A stretch of DNA of 64,000 nucleotides, from positions 496,001 through 560,000 of the forward strand of contig NW_027191457.1 of the NCBI RefSeq assembly GCF_011745625.1, in the 5' to 3' direction. The notes under the pieces are model-generated. The model saw only the letters and a list, made by a program, of their open reading frames with translations, searched no databases and had not been told where the DNA came from. The position numbers were made by a program, and so were the translations under genes. Origin of the DNA: Cladosporium halotolerans. Its lineage: Eukaryota. Positions 34,379 through 46,889 of this stretch are shown in pieces (position 1 is the stretch's first letter; the number at the start of each line of letters is the position of its first letter).

Positions 34379-35699
34379 TTACATGCCCTCAGTACGCCGT
34401 CGGCCATCATCTTGGTCTTGGTACGCCCTTTCGACACTGGTGCTAACTGTCTTCCTTATGATCATGAGATTGCTTTCATCGCTCGCTCCAGTCTGAGCAC
34501 TTGACAATTCTCGTCTGTTCGAAGGCCGAGGACTTCTCACCCGGAAAGAGTAGGTTGAGCCGTCTGGTCTGAGACTAGGCTCTGTTGCTTCAGTGGCAGT
34601 GTTCTTGCTACCAGTGGCCGTGCGGTTGTCTGAGCGAGACTGTTCAGAGAGCGACTCCAGAGCGTATTGCACTACATCTGGGCCATCCATGGCTCCCCAG
34701 CGTGTGTTGATCGATTTGAAGAAGTTTCCGAGGGTTGGGATGGTCGCTGCCATGATAGCGTAGTTGGTCTCGACGCTTAACCAAACAAAAGGCAGGACAG
34801 CTTGCACCGGTGCGAAAGGCGGTTCGGTGGTGGCCCACTGGACTGAAGTATAGACTTGAAAGGCTGCGGCGACCGGGATCAGCAGACGCGAGCCGAAGGC
34901 GACAAGGATTGCTGCCTTGTAGCTTCGTCGAGTGTTGACGGCCCAGAGAATCCACACTGGTATGGCGAAGATGATGACTTCCAAACACGAGTCCGTGACG
35001 GCGACGCCGATCCATCGATTTTCCTTCAAAGGCAATCAGCGCGTATGCCATATCATCGGAATCAGCACTTGCTTACGTAGTTTTCGCAGTGCTTTGCGTA
35101 AAGCGTCTCCGGTGTGTGATTCCCGCATCTTGTGCCAACCAAGGTCATCACCACGACCGCCCAGACCGTGCATAAAGCGACCAAAGCGTAGCAGGTGATC
35201 CTCTGCGATCGGTGTGGTGTTATTCGGAGATGGAAGAAGAGCATCGCAGCTTTTGTAATGGCTATAGCGCCCACGCTGAGTATGGCAACTGCGTACATGC
35301 ACTGGCATGGTGTTATCGAAAGATCTGATCTTCAAGTGCGGACGAGACTCACCTTTTCGGCACGCCGAGTATGTGATTCGGCTACAAGAAATGATGACTT
35401 TCCGAATCCATTTGAGACCGCAGCGCACATGACAATAGTCTGCGCAACTCCTATCGCCTACTTCAAGTTACTTTGACTGAGCTGTGAGATGGCTGAGACA
35501 TACTGACAGTCGCCAGCCCGCATGCCAGATCATCCAAGCCAAGAGAAGATCGAAGCGAGAATCCGTTGTACAATCTGATCATGAAGCAAAGCAATGTCCA
35601 TGTCATCAGCACGCAGCCGACAACAAGGATGATTCCGCCGTGGTCATCCGGAGTTATTGTGAAGGTGCGTGGACCTTCCACGATTGTGAGCGACGACAT
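34379..35699 (-). CDS. PTH11-like (fungal rhodopsin-domain) integral membrane protein without CFEM; three introns
   Basis: FMIRLY...LGLDDLACGLAT|AIGVAQ..NGFGK|..ITKAAMLFFHLRI..|RWIGVAVTDSCLEVIIFAIP...ETNYAIMAATIPTL, then a Ser-rich tail. Confidence 0.82.
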
Positions 35700-37063
35700 T
35701 AGCCGATGGTCTTGACAGTGCTGGCAGAGGATCGAATCGTGAGTCGCGTTGCAGCATCAGAGAGCGGTATACAACTTGGTGTGGGTTTCAGAGACATGTG
35801 GGACAATGACATTTTTCACACTGAGACAGGTACATCAGCCATAATCCGGAAGGCAAAGGAGTGGTAAGCATGAAATTGAGAGCTTGAATGCCACGTAACG
35901 GGTGCTCGCATAGCATGACGACGTGCAGGGCGCAGATGGACTTCATAGCGCCGACAGTGACAGCGAAGCTGCCTCCGTTCACGACGTTCGAGCACAGCAG
36001 ACGGATGTGACGAAGGTCAAATCAACGGCCACGATGGGGTTACCCACCAGTATTTCCGTCAGGCTCGACTGTGCGAGAACACGGGCACATAGCGCCTTAG
36101 GTTGCGATGGGGCCAAGCTTGCATATAGAAAGTCTCTCTCTCTGATGACGGCTCGTCCAATTGGTGGACATCAGGTGGAGGTGACGAGTTTGGATTTTGG
36201 AGTACACCACTCGTTGGGAGTAGCGTGTGCGAGGTGCAACTCACTGGTCTTGACTGAAAGATTTGGGCATTATCGCGCCACCTGAAGCGTCAGGGTATTC
36301 GACGCAGACGCTAATCCTTAATCCTGCATGCTTGTTTTGAGTCGCTGAAGGCAACCGCAGAGCGGCTTCGAGACCGGTCATGCTGCCACGCGCATCCGAG
36401 TGTCATCACGCGATTCATTGGTACAGCAGCGAGGACGCACGGCAGTACAGACATTATGTGTGAGATGTATTCTGAAGCGCCTAGGGGTGACCGCCGTTTT
36501 CGTGCCCCGCTGCACTAAGGCCGATACGCTGCCCAAAAAAACAAGCTCCACAACATGTGAAGCTCATCCCACTCAGAGCTTATGTTCCACCGCAGCTTAC
36601 CTCGCGACTCCATATCCGCGAAGCACAGCAGCCAGCCCCGAAGCCTGTTCTTGGATCAAGTACTCACAGAAGGTCGTACACTGGCGATGATGGCTTCGCT
36701 GGGCTGAAGATGAATGAGATTGAACGCAAAAACGTTCTCCTTTTGACAAATCGATGCGCTTCACTCAACTAATCTCGCTTCTCAAGAGCCTCACATGGCA
36801 AACAATGCTCCCGAAGTGAGTGCTTACGGACAGAAGGGGAAGCTCGGCGTAACGCTTTGGCTTATGCTACAAAGATGCCCAGTAGTGATTCAATCTCAAA
36901 GCATACTTTATTTAGCGCCCTCATAGTCACCCACGTGCGGAGCTTGTGAGATGTGCATACTCGCCTCTCTTTTGCTTCATACCTCTCACATCAAAAGCCT
37001 TCCTTCGCCTTGCCTACAAACTTCCGCATTGCTGCAACGTGTCGAGCAGGCGGACGGCTCAAG

Positions 37064-39072
37064 ATGTCTCACAACATGGCAAAGGCCCCTTGCGATACCG
37101 ACCTCGACCTGGGCACCGAAGACTCGCCTATGGCCTACAAGGTCGGGACTGCAATAGATCAACATGACATGCGACGTGTCGGCAAAGCGCAAGAACTGAG
37201 GGTTGGCACACGGTTATACTCAACAACAGCACCCTCATGCTAATTGCTGCCCACAGCGCAACTTCCGTCTGATCTCAGTGATCGGTTTTACGGCAGTCTT
37301 GATGTGCACATGGGAAGCTGTTTTATTGTGAGTGTTCGATTCCCATTCAAGAAAAGGATCATCGAGATTGACGACACACGAAGCACAGCCAGTTACATCT
37401 TGCCCAATGGAGGGCTCGCGGGAATGGTATGGATGTATCTAGTGTCGCTCTTCGGCTTCTCGTTTGCCATCCTATCCATGGCAGAAATGGCCAGCATGTG
37501 AGTTTTCTTCAATTCGAACTTTTCGGCGATCATGCTGACTTGGCCAGGGCTCCTACGTCAGGTGGACAATATCGGTTTGTCGAGCTGAGCCAATGGATTG
37601 AAGAGACATGCTAATATTGATAGTACGTTTCGACTCCTCTTTGTGCACCCCGATCCGTCTTGAGACAGACTCAACACCACTCGATGTTAGGGCTTTTTGT
37701 TGCCACAAGAAGCGCGCACTAATATTTAAAACACAACAGACTGGGTATCAGAGTTCTCGCCCGCCAGGGCTCAAAAATTCCTATCATATATCACAGGCTG
37801 GCTCTGTGTTCTTGGTTGGCAAGTAAACATTGGCGGTATCTCAACCATTCATCCCATCCAAATCGTTCATTCACTTATATTCTGACCTAGCTGGATGTTA
37901 TCTCGTAGCCACGCAACTCCAGGGCATCATCAAGCTCAACGACTCAGAATACACAGCGCAGCCATGGCACGTTACCGTTATGATCATTGTGGTGGCTGCC
38001 GTCGCTATCCTCTTCAACACGTTCTTCGCGAAGAAGCTTCCGCTCATCGAAGGCTTCATCTTGATCATTCACGTCTTCGGCTTCTTCGGTATTCTGGTAC
38101 CCCTGTGGGCTCTCGCCCCACGACAATCGGCAAAGGCAGTCTTCACTCAGTTCCAGAATGCATACGCTTGGCCCTCTCAAGGACTCGGTTGCCTTGTGGG
38201 AATAAGCGGTCCTATGTACGCTCTGATCGGTCCAGACTCGGCTGTGCACATGGCTGAAGAGATCAAAGATGCTTCTCGCGTGCTTCCGCTTGGCATGATA
38301 TGGACCCTCATCGTCAACGGGCTGACTGGATTCATCATGGTCATCACCTTTGCTTTCTGCATCGGTAACTTGGAAGGCGCTCTGGCGCCGACGTACGATT
38401 ACGCATACATCGATGCCTTCTACATCGCCACCAACAACAAAGCCGGCGCAACGATAATGGCGTGTCTGATCATCCTGATGTGCATGTGCAGCACGATCAG
38501 CAACGTCGCCACGGCTTCACGTCAAATGTTCGCGTTCGCGCGCGACAAAGGGATGCCCTTCAGCAAGTTTCTGTGCCAGTAAATAACCGCATACTCGAAA
38601 TCATGACACACACGAGACGCTGACCCGATTCTGCAGCGTCCGAGCCGGATGGGACATCCCGCTCAATGCCGTTCTGATCTCTTTCGTGATCACAAGTCTC
38701 CTCTCTCTGATCAATCTTGGGAGCAAAGATGCCTTCAACGCCATCCTTTCACTCGCGGTCGGAGCCATTTTGAGCTCCTACATCATCTCAATCTCATGCG
38801 TGGCAATACGCAAAATCAGAGGCGATCCGCTCCCACATGCACGCTGGAGCCTAGGGCGAGCGGGTCTGGCCTGCAACATCATTGCGGTGGCGTTTCTGTT
38901 GTTGGTCTACGCCTTCTCGTTCTTTCCCTTGGCACCAAACCCAGAGCCAGTAACCATGAATTGGGCCTCTCTTTTGTATGGCTCTGTGGTTTTGTTTTCC
39001 ATTTTTTATTATTTACTCTTCGGGCGACATGCATATGAAGGGCCCGTGGTTCTGGTCAACAAGGAGCTGTAA
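37064..39072 (+). CDS. APC-family amino acid (GABA/choline-type) permease; five standard introns plus one stwintron
   Basis: Spliced QELR|RNFRLISVIGF..WE..|GGLAG..SMAEMASM|APTSGGQY|HWVSEFSP..GW..LGWQ..GPDSAVHMAEEIKDA..ASRQMFAFARDKGMPFS..WSLG..MNWA. Confidence 0.93.
37574..37739 (+). other. [D1,2] spliceosomal twin intron (stwintron)
   Basis: TATC|G[GTTTGT...GCTAAT ATTGATAG]TACGT...ACTAAT...CAG|AC TGG. The internal intron 37575-37623 splits the external donor G/TACGT. Confidence 0.85.
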
Positions 39073-39270
39073 GCGGCAGTTTTCATGCAGTTGATGTTTC
39101 ATGTTAAAGATGCAGAGGTAGCTTGAGGGTTGAAGTGAACGATCGAAATTAGCTGTTACACCTTCTCCGACTTCCTAAAAATCGTGCATGCGTATCAGCG
39201 ACAGCAATGAAACAAAATTTGCTCCCTTGATTCCTTCGGATCCCACCTCTCACCCGCAGCCGTACGCGCG

Positions 39271-42200
39271 TCACCCGATGTAGTTGAATAAATCGGACCC
39301 AAGCTCTTCCATGAAAAGCTTGGTGGCCGAATCAGAGCTTACCGGGCGTTCTGCATCTGTCGTCGAGACAGCCGAGTCCACTGCAGCAAGAGCATCGGGC
39401 TTCACTCCAGATGCATATGGAGCAAGTCGGCTCCGACTGTCTTTGGGAACGTCTATCAACGTCAAAGACTGATCGGCCGGAGCTACCGTATCTAGGCCCG
39501 GTGCTGCTCCACTGCTGGAGGACCGAACGAAAAGCCCACTAGATGACTTTGGGGGCCCATACGGCCGTTGCAATGTCTTTGGCGAAACCTCTGAGCTTTT
39601 GAGAGCCGTCTTTGACCTTTTTCCAAGTGTTTGATCCACCAAGTCCGACCGATGCGGAGATGCGGAGCCGTGCCAATGGGACACTGACGAATCAATAGCC
39701 TGGTTTCCTTGTATTGCAACGGGTGAGCGCATGCAACTTCCATTATCGTCCGCATCATAAAAGCTATCGAGCATGTCGCCGCCGTTGCTGTACGCCATGT
39801 CATCTTGACTGAGTGACAGTGGGCTTACATGACCCTTGTGTTGCACAGCAGCAGCTTCGTCAAAGACCGAGAGCTGGTCCAGACTGTGAAAATCATCGGA
39901 ATACACGTCTTGCTCTGCCAGTCTTGCAGCTTCCGAAAACTTTAGTCGTGGTAACCCCGGCTCCGGCGCCAACTTAGGAGCAATGGGCTCCGGGTGCATA
40001 GTCCTTGGATATGAGACTGGACCAGTATTCGAGGGGATGTTGACATGTAGAGAATTAAAATTATCGATCTCGGGGCCTCTTGGTGGAACTCGACCAAGTG
40101 TAGACGAAGTCTTTTGCGACTGAGGAAGAGGCAAACTAGGCTTCACCTTCTTACTAGCCGGCATGCTAAGTTGCGTCTGTTTTGGGCCAGCGACGTAGTC
40201 TTGCTGTTGTTTGTCTGTCTTTGGCTTAGGTGGCTTAGGTTTCTTGTCTAAGCCTTCCCGACAACAAAGGTGCTTGCATGCGGTCTTGTCTTTGCAGTTG
40301 TGGTTACAAGCCCATTTGCCATTCTCCAACTGCTTGGGTTCTTGGGGGCCTGCAGGAGCTGCCGTCGCACCAGTCATTCTGTTTCTGTTGACCCTCACGG
40401 GCTCTACGACCTCGTCAAAGTCGTCAATGCTTTCGAAGCCGCCGTTCCCTGCGAGGACGAAGTCGGAATCATCAATGTCAGCATCGCCAAATTCGTCGAC
40501 TCCAGTACCAGAGGCCTTTCTTTTTGACCCGAGTCTGGCTCCATCCTGCACTGGTACATTATTGGCTCTGGTCCTTTCGTGCGTGCCTCCGCCGGCGGTA
40601 GCAGCTGGAAAAGCGTGCAATGGTACTTCAGGCTTCAGGATAGCACTTCTCAGCGTCCCGGCTAATAAGGTCAGTGAAAGTTTGATGGAATGTGGTCAAA
40701 AAAATCACTTACCGATCTGGTCACACATCACGTAGGCTCTGACCGTTTGAGTAGCATTGTCCAGCTTGGCTTCGAATAAGACCTCTTGCCCTGTGCTTAG
40801 TTTCTTCGCGCTGATTCTTGTAAGCTGAGAGCAGCATCAATCTTGGGCAATTACATTTACCTGATGCGCGCAAAGTGGAGCAGACATCCGTCTGAGAGCT
40901 CCGCAATCAGACAGACGTAAACGGCCTTATTTTGGAAAATTTCCGGAGTCTTTTCGTTCATAAATCCGATGTCGGCACAGATCCTCACAGTGACAGGACT
41001 ATCTGCGCGGACAATCTAAGTTCATTAGTAAAGACGGGAGAATTAGTACGGATGGATGATTGAGCTCACTGGGTTTCCGACCATCTTCAAAGCCACACGC
41101 AGCTTCGGGAAAGCCCTCGCCTTTTCTTGCAGCTGTAAGCCAAAGGGAGGGTTACGGGACAGGATGTGCTCGAGGCGAATTTGCTCCGTTGTCTCAATAT
41201 CCTCCACGGTCTTCAAGCCGACGGCTACCAGTTTGCGAACGCTTATCAGACCGACGCCGTCAAGCTGTCTCATGTGTAGTGGTGAGTCGTCCCAAACATA
41301 AGCACCAAGGCTGCGAGCAAGGGCAAGCGCGTTGCGGGCGGTGACTGAATCTTGAAGGTGTAGCTGACAATCGATGACACACCTGATCACCCTCTGTATG
41401 TTGGAAAAGATGAGGGTCTTGGCCGTGTTGAAATCCATTCGTTGCTTTTGATCCTCAGTAGGGAGTTCTATAGCTCCGAGAACCGCCTGAATGATGAGCG
41501 AAATCTTGTGTGCAGGAGCGTCCAGGTTCACTGGAATCGGGAACTTGATCGAAGCGTTCTGGTTTAGGGCTTTGTAGGTTGTTTTCTCGCCACTCCGAAA
41601 TCTGATCTCATGGAATTCTGCAGCTTGTGCAATCGATGAAAGAATCTCAGATGTTTTAGCTTGTCGTGGCAAAGCGAGCAATGTTATCATTGTATCGAAT
41701 CGCAAGTAGTATCGAGCCATAGCATCGCCAACCTCTGTGCATTGCAATTTCGGAGCATTGTGAACCAAGTTATTCCTTTCAAGAAGCGCAATCTCCTTGA
41801 TGCATATATTTTCGAGGCGTTCTTCAAGATTTCGGCCTGCAGTGTCGCCATCGAGGTTGTAATAGTCAGGATTCTCCTTCAAGCGGACGTAGAGAAAAGT
41901 GCTTGAGAGCCACCTCTTCGCCGTTGCGGCATTAGTAATCGTGCCGAGACTGATTTCTGCATTCAAGTGATCGATGAGGTTTCTGTGCATACAGCTCTCC
42001 AGAATTTCTTGGCCAGAAACCATCTTCTCGTAGTGCTTCTGCTTCTGCAGACGGGTCAGGATAACGGCCACCGCAGATTTATCGAACTGAGGCCGACCCG
42101 CTCTCCCGAGCATCTGCATGATCTCGAGGTCGGAGTACTCCTTGCAGCTGCCAGAGCCACCGTTGCTCTGGTACGCGACGGTGTTCTTGATGATCACCAT

Positions 42201-44043
42201 ATGGCAGGGCAAATTGACGCCCACAGCTAAAGTAGAGGTGCAGCAGATGACATTGATGTCACCCTCCAGATAGGCACGCTCGATTGTGTTGCGATCGTTC
42301 GCTGAAAGACCCGCATGATGGTATGCGACGCCGGAAGAAACAGTGTCTGCTAAGAGGTCAGTAGAGCCGCCTTGTGTTTCTTTGGGGCGGACTTGCCTTT
42401 CAACTCCTTATCTTCTACAACGACCCGCCTGCTGGGAGCTTCCCATAAGCGTTCTTTCGCGTCTTTCGACGCCCACCAAGTACCCAACAGCTTCGCCGTC
42501 TCAGCGCAAGATGCACGCGTGAAACAAAATACCATGATTGGCTTGCGCTGTGACCACTTAGCAACGACATCCGTCAACTTTGAATTGAGGGCCTTTTCGA
42601 AAGCGAATTCATTCCCAGTGGCATGATAGCCACATACATGCTTTGCCAATGGGACAGGACGGAACTCCTCGCCAAATCTCTCTCGGGGCGCCGGAATTTG
42701 GGGGGTCATCGAGTCTTTGCCAAGCCATGTTGCGATGTCCTGTGAGTTTGGCACGGTGGCGCTGAGAGCAACAAACCTGATGTCCGTGCCAACCGACTTC
42801 ATTCGTGAGACGATTGCCTCCAATGTAGCGCCGCGGTCTTCTTTCAGTATGTGAACTTCGTCAATAAGGAAGAGCTTGACCATCTGCACGAGCTTCTGGT
42901 GATCCCGCCACCTGCGCGTGATACTGTCCCACTTCTCCGGCGTGGTGATGATGATGCTGGCATGCTGGACATTTCGCAGCTGAGCATTCTCAGTATCTCC
43001 AGTGAGTTCAGCGACTTGCAAGTCCAACGGCGCGAACTTCTTCTGCCAGTCACGCTGGCGCTCTGAGCAGAGAGACTTAGTTGGAGCCTGATATATGACC
43101 TTGTACGTCCCATTAGCGTGGTTGGTTATCAAGCGGCAGATAGCAAGCTCGAGAATAGCTGTCTTGCCGCTGCCGGTTGGAGCCGATAGCACAAAGTTGT
43201 CGTTCGTATCGTACATGACAGGGAAGCATTTCGACTGCACCGCGTTGAAGAGAGGAAAGTGAAACAGCGACCTGAATCGATCTGGCAGTCTGTGTGTCGG
43301 AATGAGAGTGATGCCTTGCACTACGGGAAGACCTTGTACAGTTGTCGGGGGCTGAAGCTTCGATCGAGCCTCTAACCGTGGTTCCACGGCTCCAGGCTCG
43401 TCGACCCATCGGCGTGAGTCAAAATTCGCAGAAAGTGTAGCCGAATCATGTTGTGGTCGTCTGCCATGACTTGGTTGCGCGGCTGGTCGATCAAACATCT
43501 GCTGTGTGTCTGTCGATTTTCTGGTTCTAGCGTTTACAACAGGGCTTGACGGCAACGTTTGGTTGTAAGGTGAAGAGCTGGAGGGAACGCCAGTGCCAGC
43601 GTAGGGGTATCGAGCTTTCTCAATTAGCACGGCTGTGGAGTGAGATGGAACATTTCTTGCTTACAAAGATCGAACTGGCTACCCAGTGACGGTTCGTGCG
43701 CTTGTGGCCTTTGCGACTCGTGCTGAAAGTAATTGGGTTGAGGTGGAAGCATCCTAGATTCCATGTGTGTTCTGCGGTCATAGTACACGGCTTGATCAGA
43801 GACGTCCATGGCTGAAAGGTCGTCGTAGTATTGCTCCAATGGGATCTCAAGGTACCTATCTCCCCGAGCAACTCGCGGGTAGGCATCACCGTTGTCATAG
43901 GCCACATCCTCATCATGGGCGGTCGTGTCGTCGTCATAGGAGCCACGCTGAGCATGACCATCGTTGTACACCGCTCCACGCAAACGCGGCTCACGCGCGC
44001 CACGCTGCAGCTGATCGAGCTGATCAAATATGCGTTGATTCAT
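39271..44043 (-). CDS. MER3: Meiotic ATP-dependent DNA helicase Mer3/HFM1; five introns including a GC-AG intron
   Basis: SAPTGSGKT, DEVH, LSAT, GVAYHHAG, QMLGRAGRPQFD, Sec63 domain, and the C-terminal CNHNCKDKTACKHLCCREG zinc-finger typical of Mer3. Start codon uncertain. Confidence 0.93.
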
Positions 44044-44408
44044 GATGTCTGATGGCGCATGTGATCTGTTGTCGCTCCTCATTGATATGCCGTCGAAGAG
44101 GACCTTGCACCGCAAGGCGGACCGAAGTCGAAGCGACGATGCAAATTGGACCAGAGGTGATGTCGGAATAAGGTTGATCTGGGTGCAGAAGGCGCGACCA
44201 TGTTACAAACCTCAGGCCGCGCAGCTTTAATGGCTCCGAGACGTAGAGCATCGCGACTGTGTTACGGTCAATATAGTAACCAAAATTGTCTCAGTACCTG
44301 TGCGTATCTACACAAACTCCGAAATCCAGTACAGATGGTTTTATGGTATCGTCCTGTATCCAACCCGATTCCAAATCCCGAAATTCATGGCATTCCATCC
44401 GACTCCGT

Positions 44409-45901
44409 CTAAGAGCGCTTGTTCGGCGTCAAAGGATCAGAGCTCTTCATCCGCGCCGGTCGCCGCTCGAAAGTCGGAGTGCCAGGCCTGCTCGTCGAGA
44501 AAGCTTCTCCCCTCGGCAAAGGAGATCTATTGACGCTTGCGACGGACTCCAGATCGAAGTACGATTTCTCGCCATCTCTCTTGTACTCTGACACGTTGAT
44601 GGGAGGCGGACGCATGGTGTTGCTGGATCGAGGTGTTCCGGTGCTGTATAGATATGTTGCGCCGAGCACGGTTGCTGTGCCCACGAGGTACTGTTCGAGT
44701 CAGTCAGATGCGTACGGAAACATTTATGGTTGCGAGTACTTACAAATACAGTAATATCGAAATCGAAAAGTGACACGCTCGCAAGGAAGCTTAAGATGAT
44801 GGAGAAGCTCGTGGCGAAGTTCTTGGCGATATTGTCGGCGTACTTTATCACCAAAGACACAGTGATGCCGCCAAGTGCTTGGAGGCCGACAGCCATCCAG
44901 ACGGCCGAGTTGTACCCAGCGAAGAAACCGCTCTTCGAGATGTGCTCACCGTCCTTGAAAAGCACACCGATAAAAAGTGCAGGCCAAAGCGAGTAGAACG
45001 AAAGCTGCACGTTGCGGATCCAGACCGAAGTGGTCTGCATGCTGCCTTTGGGCTCTTTCAGGATCTTCTCAAAGTAAACGCCGGCCAGGCCGGAAGCAAC
45101 GCATGCGAGCACAAGCGCGATGAGGCCGACACCAGCCTGGATGTGCGGACTCTGATTGGCGACATCCTCGTCAATACCTTCGTATGTAGCCGAGCGCTTG
45201 GTGAGCTGGCCAGCAGCTACGTTACCAAGCGCTTTCAGGTCCCAGATATTGCGGGGCGGGTGGGGAGCAAGAGTCTCTTTGAGATCTTTGATCGTGAGGA
45301 CCGTGTCATTGGTGTAGCCAACAGGATACGAAGCAACCGCAACGCCGAGCGTGAGCAGCACCAAGCTCAGCCATCTGCGTGAGTCCAACACTTTGCCCAA
45401 CAAAACCACGCTGAAGATGGCAGTGGTCAAGATCTTCAGTTGACTGGTGACTTGGAAAGTCGCCGCGTCCAGATTCCCTGCCGCAATGTATTGCAAGCTG
45501 TTCTGCGTGGTGTACAACATCGCTGGTATCGCCATCTTCCAACTGTCTCCTGCGAACATCGAGCCAGCCAACTCTTCGAACATCCCCAGTATCGTTGTCG
45601 ACTGCGACGCCTGCGGTTTGGTCGTGATTTCGTACAACGCCATTGTGAGCGAGATTGCGAGCTTAATGACCTCGTTCAAGAAGACCGCAGTCGAGGCGTG
45701 ATAGCGTTGGCCGTTGACTGGGGGCATTGTCTGAGAGTAGTGCATTACGAGAATGAGGGCGGAGTTTTGGAACGCGAGCTGGCCACTTTGTCAGCGTCTT
45801 GAATACATTGGCACACCGAGTATACAACATACGGCAGTGAGCGAGGCTATCCTCCTACGCGATCCGCCCAAACTCGCGGGCTGGCGGGCATCTGCGGCCA
45901 T
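44409..45901 (-). CDS. Nucleotide-sugar (UDP-galactose, SLC35A-type) transporter; two introns
   Basis: FQNSALILVMHYS, STAVFLNEVIKL, IPAMLYTTQNSLQY, QVTSQLKILTTA, GLAGVYFEKILK, VWIRNVQL, YADNIAKNFATS. Confidence 0.92.
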
Positions 45902-46889
45902 ATTGACAGCTCGACTTTCTATCTGGAGTTCCCTAAAATGCTGTTTATAACCAGAAGTTGAGTACGAGAGATACCTTGGAAGAAGCGATCGCCTTCAATA
46001 GGGGCAGAGAGAAATATGGGGGGACGCCGAGCTCAACCGGGCGAAGCAGTCACAAGACCCCCAAACGCAAAGGAATCGATCGTGCAGCGCCAGCAGGACA
46101 GCTCAGCAGACCGCCTCGAAGCAAGCGAAAAGAAAGCGAGATGTACTTAAGAGGTAATGGAATGTGAGAGTGCCCGACCATGTCCCTTGGCGCATGGAGG
46201 CCGCGGAGGGACGATTGGGTACGTGACGTTGTCGCTTGCGCTGCGCTGGCGCGCGCAAGTGGAGGCCAGGCTCAGGGCGCAGGGCGCGATCGTGGAGCAG
46301 CCAGCCCATTCGCAGATCTGGAGAAATCGCAAACCTTCGCGCACAGCCACGCCTTGCCGGGGACCTTGATAATCCGCTTACCAGGAGTCAATTGGCGATC
46401 TGCGGGTGCAATCGAGGACGAGACGAGGCTTGTTTCGTGGTCCGGCAAGTCTTTACCGATTTAGCCTTGTGCAATACGAGATGTGGCATTCTTCACCTGG
46501 ACCTCTGGCGAGGTATGTGAGAACTTATCTGGCCGAGTTTCCGATTCACTATCTCACGGGACGTCAATAGGCACACGATGGCCGGATACCAGCAGTAAGG
46601 TTTCGCGAGCTTCGTGTCGTCCAAGTCCAAACGTGGGAGGAGGAAAACGATCAGATGAACAGTAAAAAGGTAAAATTTCTCGCATGGGATAATACAGACA
46701 TGCCCGGATCGGATGTTGGCACATATCGCAAAGGTAGCACCCCAAAATAGTTATAGTTCCCCGTGAACGCGCCCTCGCCCCTTGGCTGAACAGCCTTCAA
46801 AACGTAGAAAACAAGAACCAAGACAGTCGAGTCCCCCCTACTACCTCGCTATACATTGCAATTCAAAGCTCACAGACCAGAGTTATCGT

